This document shows, in pieces, positions 20,631 through 30,680 of a stretch of 64,000 bases of DNA; positions within the stretch are counted from its first letter, which is position 1, and each line of letters begins with the position of its first letter. A model generated the notes under the pieces. The model searched no databases and was not told the origin of the DNA. It saw only the letters and a program-made list of their open reading frames with translations. The translations under genes were made by a program, and so were the position numbers. This DNA is from an uncultured Holophagales bacterium (GTDB lineage Bacteria > Acidobacteriota > Thermoanaerobaculia > Multivoradales > UBA5704): assembly GCA_963842525.1 (NCBI GenBank), contig CAWJGT010000009.1:832001-896000 (forward strand), given 5' to 3'.

Positions 20631-21797
20631 ATGAAATCACCCATACACATCACCCCGTTCTCGATCCAGATCGAGGCAGAGATCCTGTCTGACCTCCGAG
20701 AGCGTATCCGCGGCACGCGCTGGCCTGATCAGGCACCAGGCACGGCCTGGGAGCAGGGGACTGACCTTGAATACCTTAAACAGTTGCTTGCGTATTGGAC
20801 CGCCGAGTTCGATTGGCACGCACAAGAGCGCAAGCTGAACGCGGTCAAGCAGTTCCGCGCCGAGCTCGACGGCGTCCATATCCACTTCGTCCATGAGCGG
20901 GCCAGACACGGGCACGGCATTCCGCTGATCCTGACCCATGGCTGGCCTAGCACGTTCGTTGAGCTGCTTCCGCTCGTGCCATTCCTGACCGATCCAGACG
21001 CCCACAGTATCGACGGTCCCGCCTTTGACGTTGTCATCCCTTCACTGCCGGGTTACGGGTTTTCCGATCGGCCCGCTCAGGTGGGCGTGAACTATCAGCA
21101 CGTCGCCGGTCTGTGGCATCGCCTCATGCGTGGCCTGGGTTACGAGCGCTACGGGGCTCAAGGCGGAGATTTCGGGGCCGGTGTTGCCACGTTTATGGCA
21201 TTGACCGATCCCGAGCCGATGATTGGTGTCCACCTGAGCAATCTGGAGATTCGGCCCTACACTGGCGCAGGGGCGCGGCCACTGTCCGCGGCGGAGAGAA
21301 CCTATCTCGAGCGCAATGAGGCATTTTGGCAGGAGGAGTACGGTTACAAGGCAATCCAATCCACGAAGCCCCAGACGCTCGGATACGGGCTGAACGACTC
21401 GCCCGCTGGACTCGCCGCCTGGATTCTGGAGAAGTGGCGCTCCTGGGCCGATTCCCGCGGTCATCTCGATCAGCGCTTCTCCCGCGATTTCCTGTTGACC
21501 ACGGTAACGCTCTATTGGGTCACCCAGACGATCACATCCTCGATGCGGGACTACTTCGACAACGACAACTGGCGGTTCCGAGTCACGCTTGGACCACAGG
21601 AGCTCGTCAGCGTGCCAACTGGCATCGCTGTCTTCGCCAATACGTTTGTTGATGAGGGAACACCTCCCCGCGAGTGGGCCGAGCGTCTATACAACGTCGT
21701 CCAGTGGACCTCGATGCCGAGCGGCGGGCATTTCGCCCCGGCAGAAGAGCCCGAGTTGCTCGCCCGCGATATCGCAGCGTTCTTCGCCGGTTTATGA
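20631..21797 (+). CDS. Epoxide hydrolase (microsomal type, alpha/beta hydrolase)
   Basis: LTHGWP, PSLPGYGFS, AQGGDFG, GGHFAPAEEP. Confidence 0.93.
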   Translation: MKSPIHITPFSIQIEAEILSDLRERIRGTRWPDQAPGTAWEQGTDLEYLKQLLAYWTAEFDWHAQERKLNAVKQFRAELDGVHIHFVHERARHGHGIPLILTHGWPSTFVELLPLVPFLTDPDAHSIDGPAFDVVIPSLPGYGFSDRPAQVGVNYQHVAGLWHRLMRGLGYERYGAQGGDFGAGVATFMALTDPEPMIGVHLSNLEIRPYTGAGARPLSAAERTYLERNEAFWQEEYGYKAIQSTKPQTLGYGLNDSPAGLAAWILEKWRSWADSRGHLDQRFSRDFLLTTVTLYWVTQTITSSMRDYFDNDNWRFRVTLGPQELVSVPTGIAVFANTFVDEGTPPREWAERLYNVVQWTSMPSGGHFAPAEEPELLARDIAAFFAGL

Positions 21798-21818
21798 GTC
21801 GCCCCAATTTAGGTGCCA

Positions 21819-22259
21819 CCCATTAGAAGGCTCTTGTCAACGACCCACACGTCTCCCACCCGGGAGTGTTCGTTTCAAGAACGGCTCGTTCCGGCAAGAT
21901 GTGCTCCCGTGTCGGGTTTGCGCGCCCGTAGTCTCGCTGTGCTTCAGGTGCGGAGATCCGCACCAGCCACCCATCGGGATCAAGGCGGGTCGGAGCCGGT
22001 GACGGCTCCGACCCGCCCCTGGCACGGTTTGCGTGCCCCCAGAAAATCTTCGGTTCCAGGTTCGTGTCCAAGGGTTCAGGACAACCAATAAGGCTACCTC
22101 CGCCCCCCCGAAAGGTTCAGAGGTGCCAGCACATTCGGGCTCACGACCTGGGCGCATCTCCAACAAAAGAGCCAAAAACGGTGGAAGACAGGGGCCAATC
22201 AGCCGTAGAGGGTTCTTTCGCCCAGCACCTAATTGCAGGCTCCCTGTCTTCCACCTGAA
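21819..22259 (-). ncRNA. Candidate bridge/seekRNA of IS110 #1
   Basis: Structured 3' non-coding region; a 14-bp stem (22180-22193/22242-22255) encloses loop strands matching the insertion site. Confidence 0.65.
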
Positions 22260-23277
22260 TCAACCAAAAGCTTGCGCCGACCTGAACGGCACCTGGTCGC
22301 GCAGGATGTAGTACGCGGCACGAGTCAGCTTGTTCGAGATCGTCCGCAGGGCCACCAACTCGTTGGTCCTGGCCCGCTTGCGCTCGTAGAGACGCTTGGC
22401 GAGGGGCTCGAACCGAATGGCGAAATGTGAGGCCTCCATGAACGCCCAGGACAGGTACGGGTTGCCATTGCGTACGTTGCCGGAGCCCTTGACCTTGCCG
22501 TTGCTGAGGTGCTGACTGGGTACACAGCGGCAGTAGGAGGAGAAGTGGCCCGCCTCGGCAAAGCGAGCGATGGAGCCGGTCTCGTACATGATCGTCAGGG
22601 CAAGGGTCAGACCGATGCCGGGAATGCTCTCGAGCAGCTCGAACTCGGGCCTCAGTCTGGCCTGTTTGAGAACAGTTTTCTCGATGCCAGAGATTTGGTC
22701 TTTCAGCGTGCGGGCGATCGCCAGGCTGCTCGTGATCGTCAAGGCAATATGTGGGTCTGTGAATTGCTCCTCGACCTGCTCGGCAGTCATGCGCTTGAGC
22801 TCGCTGAGAGGAACTTGAGTCTCCGGTGTAGCGCGAGAAGACGTTTTTGACGCTCAGCAAGCTGGCGGTGCGCTGTCGCACCAGAAAGGCTCGACGGCGC
22901 AGTAGATCCCGCACCGCGCGCTCCTTTTTCGGATAGATGTGGCCGGTGGGCAAAATGTTGAGGTGGAGTAGACGCGCCAGCCATCGCGCGTCATGGCGAT
23001 CATCGACGTACTTCAACCCCTCGTACTGGCGAACTGCGGAGGTGTTGACCAAGCGAACCTCGTAGCCGGCCTCCATGAGGCCATCCACCAACCAGTACCA
23101 GTTGAAGGTGGACTCCACGGCGATCGCCTGGATCTGCTCCCGGAAGGGCTCCAGGGCTTCCAGGGCCGCCTCCAGACGGTTGGGCAACCGACGGCTGAGG
23201 ACAGCTTGTAGTTGTTCGTTCATCACCACGAGATAGCTGTTGGTTGAATGCAAGTCGATTCCGCAGTACAGTCCCAT
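22260..23277 (-). pseudogene. IS110 DEDD recombinase, frameshift near 22815
   Basis: YCGIDLHS, AVESTFNWYW, DDRHDA; C-terminal SIPGIG and HLSNGK in another frame. Confidence 0.88.
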
Positions 23278-23598
23278 ACGCTCCTCCTTTCAGGGATTGG
23301 TCTCCCGACGAGCCTATCGCGGCTCGTCAGAAGGGAGGAACCTTCTAGAGGATCATCAGCCGAATCTTGACCTCCTGAAGAGTCAATCGCACTTCCCAGC
23401 CGCGTTTCGGCGAGAAAACTGGCTGGTAAGTAGCACCTGAGCACGCCTTGAGGCCGTCGCTCACCCTTTGTGTGTGCGTTTTGGATGGCTTGTATGACCC
23501 GTCCGGACTTGAAGTGCACACACCTCTCCCTCTTCCGCGCGCAGGAAGTCGGCGGCCGGAAACTGCGAAGGCTGTCAGCGGCCAGAAACGCCCGAAGC

Positions 23599-23850
23599 CT
23601 ATCCGCTCACCCAGGGTAGGGCCGGTGGGCAGCTGCCCGCCGGGAAGACAACATCACGCATCCCCGCCTTGAGCTTTTCCGCAGCCGTTCGAAAGGCACC
23701 CAGGAATTCGCCGTAGGCCCGGTAGAGCTCGAGGCGGACCTTCTTGCTCGCCGCATGGAAGAGAGGAGCGGGCGATTTCTTGGATGGCTGGCCGGCCATG
23801 TCGCTTCTGGTTTCGGATTGCCTCGGGCCCGAGAGCCGCCTTTGGCGGGC
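23599..23850 (-). pseudogene. C-terminal remnant of a HUH/RAYT-like transposase
   Basis: LGPEAIRNQ..SKKSPAPLFHAASKKVR..FPAGSCPPALPWV; cut off at the MITE end; family recognised from recollection only. Confidence 0.55.
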
Positions 23851-24002
23851 ACCTAGTTCTACTTTGTCAGATTCGCTCGGCTTCGGTTGGAGAGGCCCCG
23901 AAGGGGTCTGGGCATAAAGATGCTATGCAGGGCGAGGGGGTGCAAGAGCGGGGCCGCTGGTTGTATGTTTCGGGGAACTTAGCGTTTGAAAGGGGAACCC
24001 CG

Positions 24003-25142
24003 ATGAACCAGACAGCCCAGAAGGCAGAGTTTACGCGAACGGAGAGAGCATTGCACGTGGCATTGGAGCTGGGCGGTAGCGAGTGGAAGTTGGCTTTTGC
24101 TGCGGAGGCTGGCCCGAAACCTCGGCTGCGCTCGGTGGCGGCCGGGGATCTCAACGGGCTGATGTTGGAGATCGGACGCGCCAAACACCGTTTCGGTTTA
24201 CCGGAAACAACTCCTGTCGTGAGTTGCTACGAGGCAGGCCGGGATGGATTCTGGCTTCACCGGTTCTTGCTGCTGGAGGGTGTGGAGAACGTTGTGGTGG
24301 ACTCCTCGAGCATCGAGGTGAATCGTCGGGCTCGGCGGGCGAAGACGGACCGGGTTGACGCTGAGAAGTTGCTGTCGCTGCTGATCCGCTACGCGGCAGG
24401 TGAAAGAAAAGTGTTCGGTGTGGCGCATGCGCCGACGCCGGAGCAGGAGGATGTGCGCCACCTGGGTCGAGAGTTGGAGGGCCTGAAGCAGGAGCGGACG
24501 GCCCACACCAATCGGATCAAGTCCTTGCTGGTGAGCCTTGGAATCCGGGTGAAGGTAGGCAAGGGGTTTGCGCAGCAGTTGGAGCAGTTGCGGCAGTGGA
24601 ACGGCGAGCCGCTGCTGCCAGTCTTGCGGGAGCGTCTGCGTCGGGAAGTCGAGCGGCTGGAGCTTCTGGAGAGTCAGATCAAGGAGTTGGAGCAAACTCG
24701 GCAGCGGGCCGAAGCCGCGTCCAGAGAGGGCGGGATGGTGCAGCGGCTGAAAAAGCTCAAGGCCATCGGCGACAACAGCGCCTGGTTGTTCGTCCTGGAA
24801 TTTTTTGGCTGGCGGCAGTTCCGGAATCGCCGTGAGGTAGGCAGCTTGGCTGGGTTGACGCCGATGCCCTACAAGAGCGGCACGACGGTGGACCACGAGC
24901 AGGGGATCAGTAAGTCCGGCAATGTGCGGGTGCGTACGATGTCGATCGAGATCGCCTGGGCGTGGTTGCGGTTCCAGCCGCAGAGCCGCTTGAGCTTATG
25001 GTTCCAGGGGCGCTATGGCCCTGGGAACCGGCGCTCGCGACGGGTAGGGATCGTGGCCCTGGCGCGCAAGCTTCTGACCGCGCTGTGGCGCTACTTGGAC
25101 CAAGGGATCATTCCTGATGGCGCTGAGCTGAAGGCCAGGTAA
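24003..25142 (+). CDS. IS110 recombinase (intact)
   Basis: VALELGGSEW, CYEAGRDGFWLHR, KTDRVDA, GLTPMPYKSG, EQGISKSGN. Confidence 0.92.
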   Translation: MNQTAQKAEFTRTERALHVALELGGSEWKLAFAAEAGPKPRLRSVAAGDLNGLMLEIGRAKHRFGLPETTPVVSCYEAGRDGFWLHRFLLLEGVENVVVDSSSIEVNRRARRAKTDRVDAEKLLSLLIRYAAGERKVFGVAHAPTPEQEDVRHLGRELEGLKQERTAHTNRIKSLLVSLGIRVKVGKGFAQQLEQLRQWNGEPLLPVLRERLRREVERLELLESQIKELEQTRQRAEAASREGGMVQRLKKLKAIGDNSAWLFVLEFFGWRQFRNRREVGSLAGLTPMPYKSGTTVDHEQGISKSGNVRVRTMSIEIAWAWLRFQPQSRLSLWFQGRYGPGNRRSRRVGIVALARKLLTALWRYLDQGIIPDGAELKAR

Positions 25143-25520
25143 GGATCAAGAGGCAGAAAGTGTGACCGCAAAATAGGAGATTTCAGGCTGGGAGGAGCGT
25201 GCCCGGCGCCAGGCTGGGTTCGGTTTCGAGCCGCCATTAAAGATGGGGCCGCTCCGTTTGCTTGCCCGAGTCGCTCGCAGCGCATGCTGCATTTGGTGCC
25301 CTCTCCAAGAAATTGAGGGAGGTCAGCACGGATAGAAGCTTGACGGGGACTACGGTTCCTGGCGCAATCGGCAAGCCCCAGACGGGATCGCATTTGAGGT
25401 AGGAGAAACAGCACCTTGCTGCCGGGGGAGCTCCGGGCAACAAACCTCAGGCGGCATTCAGGAAGGAGACGAAACGCAGACCCACTTACCCGAAACGCTT
25501 GACAACGGGGGCCCACATAG
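25143..25520 (+). ncRNA. Candidate bridge RNA of IS110 #2
   Basis: Two stem/internal-loop modules whose loop strands match the target (25206-25215, 25238-25242) and donor junction (25289-25294, 25332-25338). Confidence 0.7.
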
Positions 25521-25688
25521 AAGCCTGGCGCTTCAGCGCCAGGTTGGCGCCTCCAATTTCCAGGAGCCCTGAAGGGGCGCAGGCATTCCATCCACCCGCA
25601 GCGGGGCTCGCGCACTCGCCCATGCCGTCGCCCCTTCGGGGCTGAGGATTGAATGGGGCCGCGGTCCTGGGGTTGAAACCCCAGGCTT

Positions 25689-27529
25689 GTGCGCCCGTGA
25701 GCGCACACGTTCAGAGAGGTGAAAGTCCTCTTCAGGCATACGCTCTCCGGCCTGTAACCGAAGGTAACTGCGTCGCCCAAAGCGAGGTGGAGAGCAACCG
25801 GAGGTGAGAGACCAGTCCGCAGGAGACGAAATCGATTCGGCCTTGTGACCCCGACGAGCCTGCAAGCCACTGGCGAAGTCTGGACCCTCAAGGGAGACCC
25901 ATCGAGCTGAGGGGTAGCGTGCGAAAGCGGCGATGGGGGGGCGTAGGGTGATTGGATGCAGAATGGTCTCAAAGGACGTGTGACGTGAAGCGGGGAGACC
26001 TCGGTCGGGCAGGAGACTTGCCGAGGAGTCAGAGTCCTCATAGGAGCTGAGAAGCGCCGTAACGGGCGTGGAGCAAAGGGGGACAGGGAGGTGGATGCGT
26101 GACGACTGGACAAGCGGAAAGCAACCGCGCGTCAGTGCCTGTAAGGGCTAAACAAGCCGGAGAAGTCCGGGGCCGGTGGCCCTGGGTGGAACCGCATGTC
26201 TGGACGGATCGCATGTTGACGGCCCTCGAAGCTGGGGTCCAAGGAGGCCAATGGTTCAGTCTGATCGACAAGGTCTATGACTCGCGCAACCTGGACTCTT
26301 CCTACCAGCGGGTCAGGCGGAACCAGGGAAGCGCTGGGGTTGACCACGTGACGGTCGCGCAGTTCAGCGCCCACCTCGGCAAGAACCTGGAGAACCTGGC
26401 GGCTAGTCTGAAAGACGGCAGTTATCGTCCGCAGGCGATTCGCCGGGTGTGGATACCCAAGCCGGGTAGCTCCGAGGAGCGCCCTCTGGGGATTCCGACG
26501 GTTCAAGACCGGGTGGTGCAAGGAGCGCTGCGCAATGTCTTGGAACCGATCTTCGAACGGGAGTTTGCAGCCCAGAGCTACGGATTCCGTCCGGGGAGAA
26601 GTACCAAGGCTGCGCTGCGTCGCGTCTCGGAGCTGCTGGAGGCCGGCTATACCCATGTGGTGGACGCCGACCTGCGCAGCTATTACGACACGATCCCTCG
26701 CCAGGGTTTGATGGCGAGAATCGAAGCGAAGGTATCGGACGGCCGGGTCTTGGACCTGGTGCGTGCCTTTCTCGACCAGGAAGTGATGGTGGGTCTGGAG
26801 CACTGGACTCCTGAGGAGGGAACTCCACAAGGAGCGGTGATCAGTCCCCTGCTGTCGAATATCTACCTGGACCCTCTCGACCATCAAATGGCCGAACAAG
26901 GTTATGAGATGGTGCGGTACGCTGATGACTTCGTGATTTTGTGCCGTAGCCGAGAAGAGGCCGAGCGAGCGTTGGCGGAGGTGGAGGAGTGGACGGCAGC
27001 CGCCGGTCTGCAACTTCATCCCGACAAGACGCGCATCGTGGACGCCACCCAGCCGGGTGGCTTCGACTTCCTTGGGTACCACTTCGAGCGCGGCTATCGC
27101 TGGCCGAGCAAGAAGAGCCTGAAGAAGCACAAGGACACGATCCGTTCCCACACCAAGCGCACGCACGGCATCAGCCTGCGAGAGATCATCCGCCGAGTCA
27201 ACGCAGTCCGTCGGGGCTGGTTTGAGTACTTCAAACACAGTCACGGCACCACGTTCAAGCCTCTCGACCAGTGGGTGCGGATGCGCCTGAGGAGCATCCT
27301 TCGCCACCGGCAAGGGAGACGAGGACGTGGCCGGGGTCAGGACCATCATCGCTGGCCGAACGCCTTCTTTGCTGAGCATGGGTTGTTCTCCTACGTCACA
27401 GCCTATGCTCAGGCCCGTCAATCCTCTAGCAGGTAAAACCACCAACTGGAGAGCCGGATGCGGGAGATCCGCATGTCCGGTTCGGAGGGAGGGGGAGCCG
27501 GGAACTCAACCGGCCCTCCCTACCCCTAT
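25689..27529 (+). mobile_element. Group II intron (full length)
   Basis: 5' GTGCG; domain V GAGAGCCGGATGCGGGAGATCCGCATGTCCGGTTCGGAGGGAGG (~27449); 3' end CCCTACCCCTAT; exons rejoin into REP CCAGGCTT|TACGCCGTCGCCCCTTCGGGGC. Confidence 0.92.
26099..27436 (+). CDS. ltrA: Group II intron reverse transcriptase/maturase, no endonuclease domain
   Basis: RPLGIPTVQDR, GTPQGAVISPLLSN, RYADDFV, FDFLGY. Confidence 0.95.
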   Translation: MTTGQAESNRASVPVRAKQAGEVRGRWPWVEPHVWTDRMLTALEAGVQGGQWFSLIDKVYDSRNLDSSYQRVRRNQGSAGVDHVTVAQFSAHLGKNLENLAASLKDGSYRPQAIRRVWIPKPGSSEERPLGIPTVQDRVVQGALRNVLEPIFEREFAAQSYGFRPGRSTKAALRRVSELLEAGYTHVVDADLRSYYDTIPRQGLMARIEAKVSDGRVLDLVRAFLDQEVMVGLEHWTPEEGTPQGAVISPLLSNIYLDPLDHQMAEQGYEMVRYADDFVILCRSREEAERALAEVEEWTAAAGLQLHPDKTRIVDATQPGGFDFLGYHFERGYRWPSKKSLKKHKDTIRSHTKRTHGISLREIIRRVNAVRRGWFEYFKHSHGTTFKPLDQWVRMRLRSILRHRQGRRGRGRGQDHHRWPNAFFAEHGLFSYVTAYAQARQSSSR

Positions 27530-29106
27530 TACGCCGTCGCCCCTTCGGGGCAGTCGCAAGCCGGGCTCAGTCTAACAAAGTAGAACTAGGCCGGCGCCCT
27601 TGGGGAAGGGAACGACGTAAACCCTTGATTTGAAGTGAGCAAGAGCCGTGTCCAGTCATTAGGCGGGGTGCCAGATCTTCTGCGGAGGCTCAGAAGGGGC
27701 GCCGGCTCATCGGGTGGAACCTCCTGAGGGGAGGAGCGCGCGCCCCTCCCTGGACCGGGTGTAGAATCGGGTGGAACCTCTTTGGTTCTGCGCCGGCTGC
27801 ATCCAAAACGGCGCGTGCCACCGTCTCAGGCGCAGGAGGGAACGGTGATGATAAGGACCTTCACGATGCTTGCCAGAAGCCTCTTTGCCCTGGCGCTGCT
27901 GGTCAACGCGAGCGGATTGTTATCCCAAACGCTGCCGTCGAGCGATGACAAGAAACGGCTGGAACGTTTCGAGAAGGAGGTCGATGACCTTCGCAACCGC
28001 CTCAAGATCCCCGGCCTGTCCGCGGTCATCGTCAAGGATCAAAAGGTGTTGTGGGTCAAAGGATTCGGTTTCGCGGACCTCGAGAACCGGACCCCTGCGA
28101 CCCCGGATACCCTTTACTCCATCGCCTCAGTGACCAAGACATTCGCGGCGACGCTCGTCATGCAGCTCGTGGAGCAAGGGAAGCTGGACCTCGACGAGCC
28201 GATCTCCCATTACTCGAGCGATTTCAAGGACGATACGGTCAGGATCAAGCACCTTCTCAGCCATACCGCGCATGGAACGCCCGGAGAACGCTTCCAGTAC
28301 GACGGCAACCGCTTCGACTACCTGACGGCAGTCATCGAGAAGAAGACCGGCAAGCGGTTCCTCGAGGTGATCGTCGAAACCTTCTTCGACCCTCTGGAGA
28401 TGTCGAGCAGCGTTCCGTATCACAACGTCGTGGACGATGCGGACAAGTGGGTTGCTTCGCTGGGGAAGAAACACCTCGATCGTTACAGGGAAAACCTGGC
28501 GAGGTTGGCTCAACCCTATACGTATTACGGCGACGGCGAAACCGTTCACGATACCTACCCACCCAAGGATTTCATCGGTGCGGCGGCAGGGTTGCTATCG
28601 ACCGTCCAGGATGTGGCCAAGTACGATATCGCGATCGATCGCCACGTATTCCTGAAGAAGGAGACGCAGGAAAAAGCCTGGACGCCTTTCGTCTCGAACG
28701 GCGGAGAGCGGCTCCCTTACGGATGGGGCTGGTTCGTCACGGATTACCACGGGCTCAAGCTGATCTGGCATTACGGTCACTGGGGCACCGGGTTCTCCGC
28801 GACGTATGTCAAAGTACCGGAGAAGAATGTCTCGATCGTCATGCTCGCCAACAGCGAGGCACTTGCCGACCACGGGGGCGAGGACCTCACAACCAATGTC
28901 TTCGTGTGCAGGTTCCTCGGCCTGTGGGGCCATGCATACGACTGCGAGCGAAATTCCCAAACAGCGCTCGCGAAGTGGATCGAGCAGCGTAGGGCGAAGG
29001 GGCGCGTCGCCGTGCGTGTAGCCCCCAACATCCTCGAAGCCTATGTTGGACTGGAGTTGCCCCGGTTTCGTGGACACTTTATCCTTTGGGATAATAGGAG
29101 TGTCCG

Positions 29107-29427
29107 ATGCCCAGAACCCGTCCCCCGTACAGTCCTGAGTTCCGGCAACAGATGGTGGAGTTGGTGCGAGCAGGTCGCACCCCGGAGGAGCTGTCGCGAG
29201 AGTTTGAGCCATCGGCTCAGGCGATCCGCAACTGGGTCCAGCAGAGCGGCGGGAACGTCGAGAGTCGTCGCGAGGCCGGCGGCCTGACGAGCGCAGAGAA
29301 CGAGGAGCTGCGCCGTCTGAGGCGGGAGAACCGTCAACTGCGTGAAGAGCGGGAGATTCTGGCAAAAGCCGCGGCCTGGTTCGCTCGGGAGACCGGATCG
29401 ATTCCGTCGAGGTGTTCAGATTCGTGA
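29107..29427 (+). CDS. IS3 OrfA (HTH)
   Basis: YSPEFRQQMVELV..AIRNWV..LREEREILAKAAAWF; possible slippery AAAAG at ~29364. Confidence 0.9.
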   Translation: MPRTRPPYSPEFRQQMVELVRAGRTPEELSREFEPSAQAIRNWVQQSGGNVESRREAGGLTSAENEELRRLRRENRQLREEREILAKAAAWFARETGSIPSRCSDS

Positions 29428-30269
29428 GCGCCAACCAGGCGAAGTACCCGGTGCGCCGGCTGTGCCGTCTGCTGGGAGTCTCCCCCAGCGGGTACTACGC
29501 GTGGTCGCGTCGATCGATCTCGCAGCATGCACGGTCCGACGCGGAGCTTGTGGCGCGGATCAGAGCCATCCACGAGCGTTCGCGGGGGACGTACGGGTCG
29601 CCGCGGATCCACGCAGAGCTGCGCGCTTGCGGTGTGCTGGTGAGCCGCAAGCGGGTGGCTCGGCTGATGCGCGAGGCGGGGTTGCGGGGAGCCAGTCGTC
29701 GTCGCCCGATCACCACGACGGTGCGGGATGCGAAGAGCCGTCCGGCCCCGGACCTGGTGAAGAGGGACTTCGCGGCCGGCGGTCGCGATCGGCTCTGGGT
29801 GGCCGACATCACCTACATTCCGACCGGGTCGGGGTTCCTGTACCTGGCGGTGGTGGTGGATGCCTGGAGCCGTCGTGTGGTGGGCTGGTCGATGGCCACG
29901 CATCTGCGGACAGAACTGGTTTTGGAGGCGCTGAACATGGCCTTGGGGCAACGCCGGCCGCAGGGAGTGATCCATCACTCCGACCAGGGGAGCCAGTACA
30001 CCTCCATCGCCTTCGGCCAGCGCTGCCGTGAGGCCGGCGTGCGGCCGTCAATGGGGTCCGTGGGTGACTGTTTCGACAACGCGCTGTGTGAGAGCTTTTT
30101 CGCCACCCTGGAGTGCGAGCTCTTGGAGCGCCGTCGGTTCGGCACGCAGGTGGAGGCCCGCCTGGCCGTCTTCGAGTTCCTCGAGGGCTGGTACAACCCG
30201 CATCGTCGTCATTCGGGCCTGGGCTACCTGAGCCCAGTGGAGTTCGAACGACGCGGGGAGGCGGCGTAA
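29412..30269 (+). CDS. IS3 OrfB (DDE integrase core)
   Basis: WVADITY, HHSDQGSQY, DNALCESFF. Confidence 0.93.
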   Translation: MFRFVSANQAKYPVRRLCRLLGVSPSGYYAWSRRSISQHARSDAELVARIRAIHERSRGTYGSPRIHAELRACGVLVSRKRVARLMREAGLRGASRRRPITTTVRDAKSRPAPDLVKRDFAAGGRDRLWVADITYIPTGSGFLYLAVVVDAWSRRVVGWSMATHLRTELVLEALNMALGQRRPQGVIHHSDQGSQYTSIAFGQRCREAGVRPSMGSVGDCFDNALCESFFATLECELLERRRFGTQVEARLAVFEFLEGWYNPHRRHSGLGYLSPVEFERRGEAA

Positions 30270-30680
30270 CGTGACGCCAAACCGCGGCCCGCTACGCGTT
30301 TCCGTAGGACCTTGGTGCTGGGGGGCTCTGCCCCCCAGGCCCCCCGAAGAACGAGTTGAGAACCCAAGCCCTAAACCGTCCACCAAACCGGGGCAGGTCC
30401 AGACAGTACCAATTCGAGACGCTGGACAACCGGATTTTCACCATCACGCGGGAGGGCGACAGGCTATTCATCACCTATCCCACGGGTTCCAAGATCGAGC
30501 TGTTTGCCGAGTCGGAGTCGAGATTCTTCCTGAAGATCAGACCGTATCAGTTGGTATTCACCAAAGGTGAAGGGAAGGCCGCTCAGCTGGAAATTGTTGA
30601 GGGTGACGAGACTTTCCACTCGAAGAGGATCAAGTAGAAACTCCAGCCGTTTTCGGGAAGCTTCGGCGCGATCCAAGGAG

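Larger units (their letters stand above)
21816..23398 (-). mobile_element. IS110-family element #1
   Basis: Core CCA at both 21816-21818 and 23396-23398; removal restores AGGTGCCAGCCG, a motif repeated in the window; downstream end reads TTGACAAGAGCCTTCTAATGGGTGG. Confidence 0.8.
23920..25523 (+). mobile_element. IS110-family element #2
   Basis: AAG core at 23917-23919 and 25521-25523; empty site GGGCATAAAGCCTGGCGC present at 54351-54368 (minus); TTGACA near the right end. Confidence 0.88.
23853..27589. mobile_element. MITE/REP-doublet element (~292 bp net) hosting IS110 #2 and a group II intron
   Basis: 19-bp terminal inverted repeats CTAGTTCTACTTTGTCAGA / TCTAACAAAGTAGAACTAG (1 mismatch); uninterrupted partial copy at 54313-54425. 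Confidence 0.8.
29052..30401 (+). mobile_element. IS3-family insertion sequence
   Basis: TG..CA ends, imperfect TIRs TGGAGTTGCCCCGGTTTCGTGGAC / GTCCACCAAACCGGGGCAGGTCCA, 3-bp TSD GAC. Confidence 0.95.
27848..30637 (+). pseudogene. Serine hydrolase (class C beta-lactamase-like) interrupted by IS3
   Basis: ASVTK SxxK motif, HYGHWG; removing the IS restores EAYVGQYQFE and a C-terminal domain ending at 30637. Confidence 0.9.

Noticed and set aside
26099-27436. Retron, DGR or defence-associated RT
   Set aside because: Flanked by canonical group II intron ends and domain V; no template/variable repeat pair seen
27709-27780. Direct repeat ATCGGGTGGAACCTC (two copies)
   Set aside because: Only two copies flanking a short hairpin; may be a small duplication or operator but nothing further supports a function
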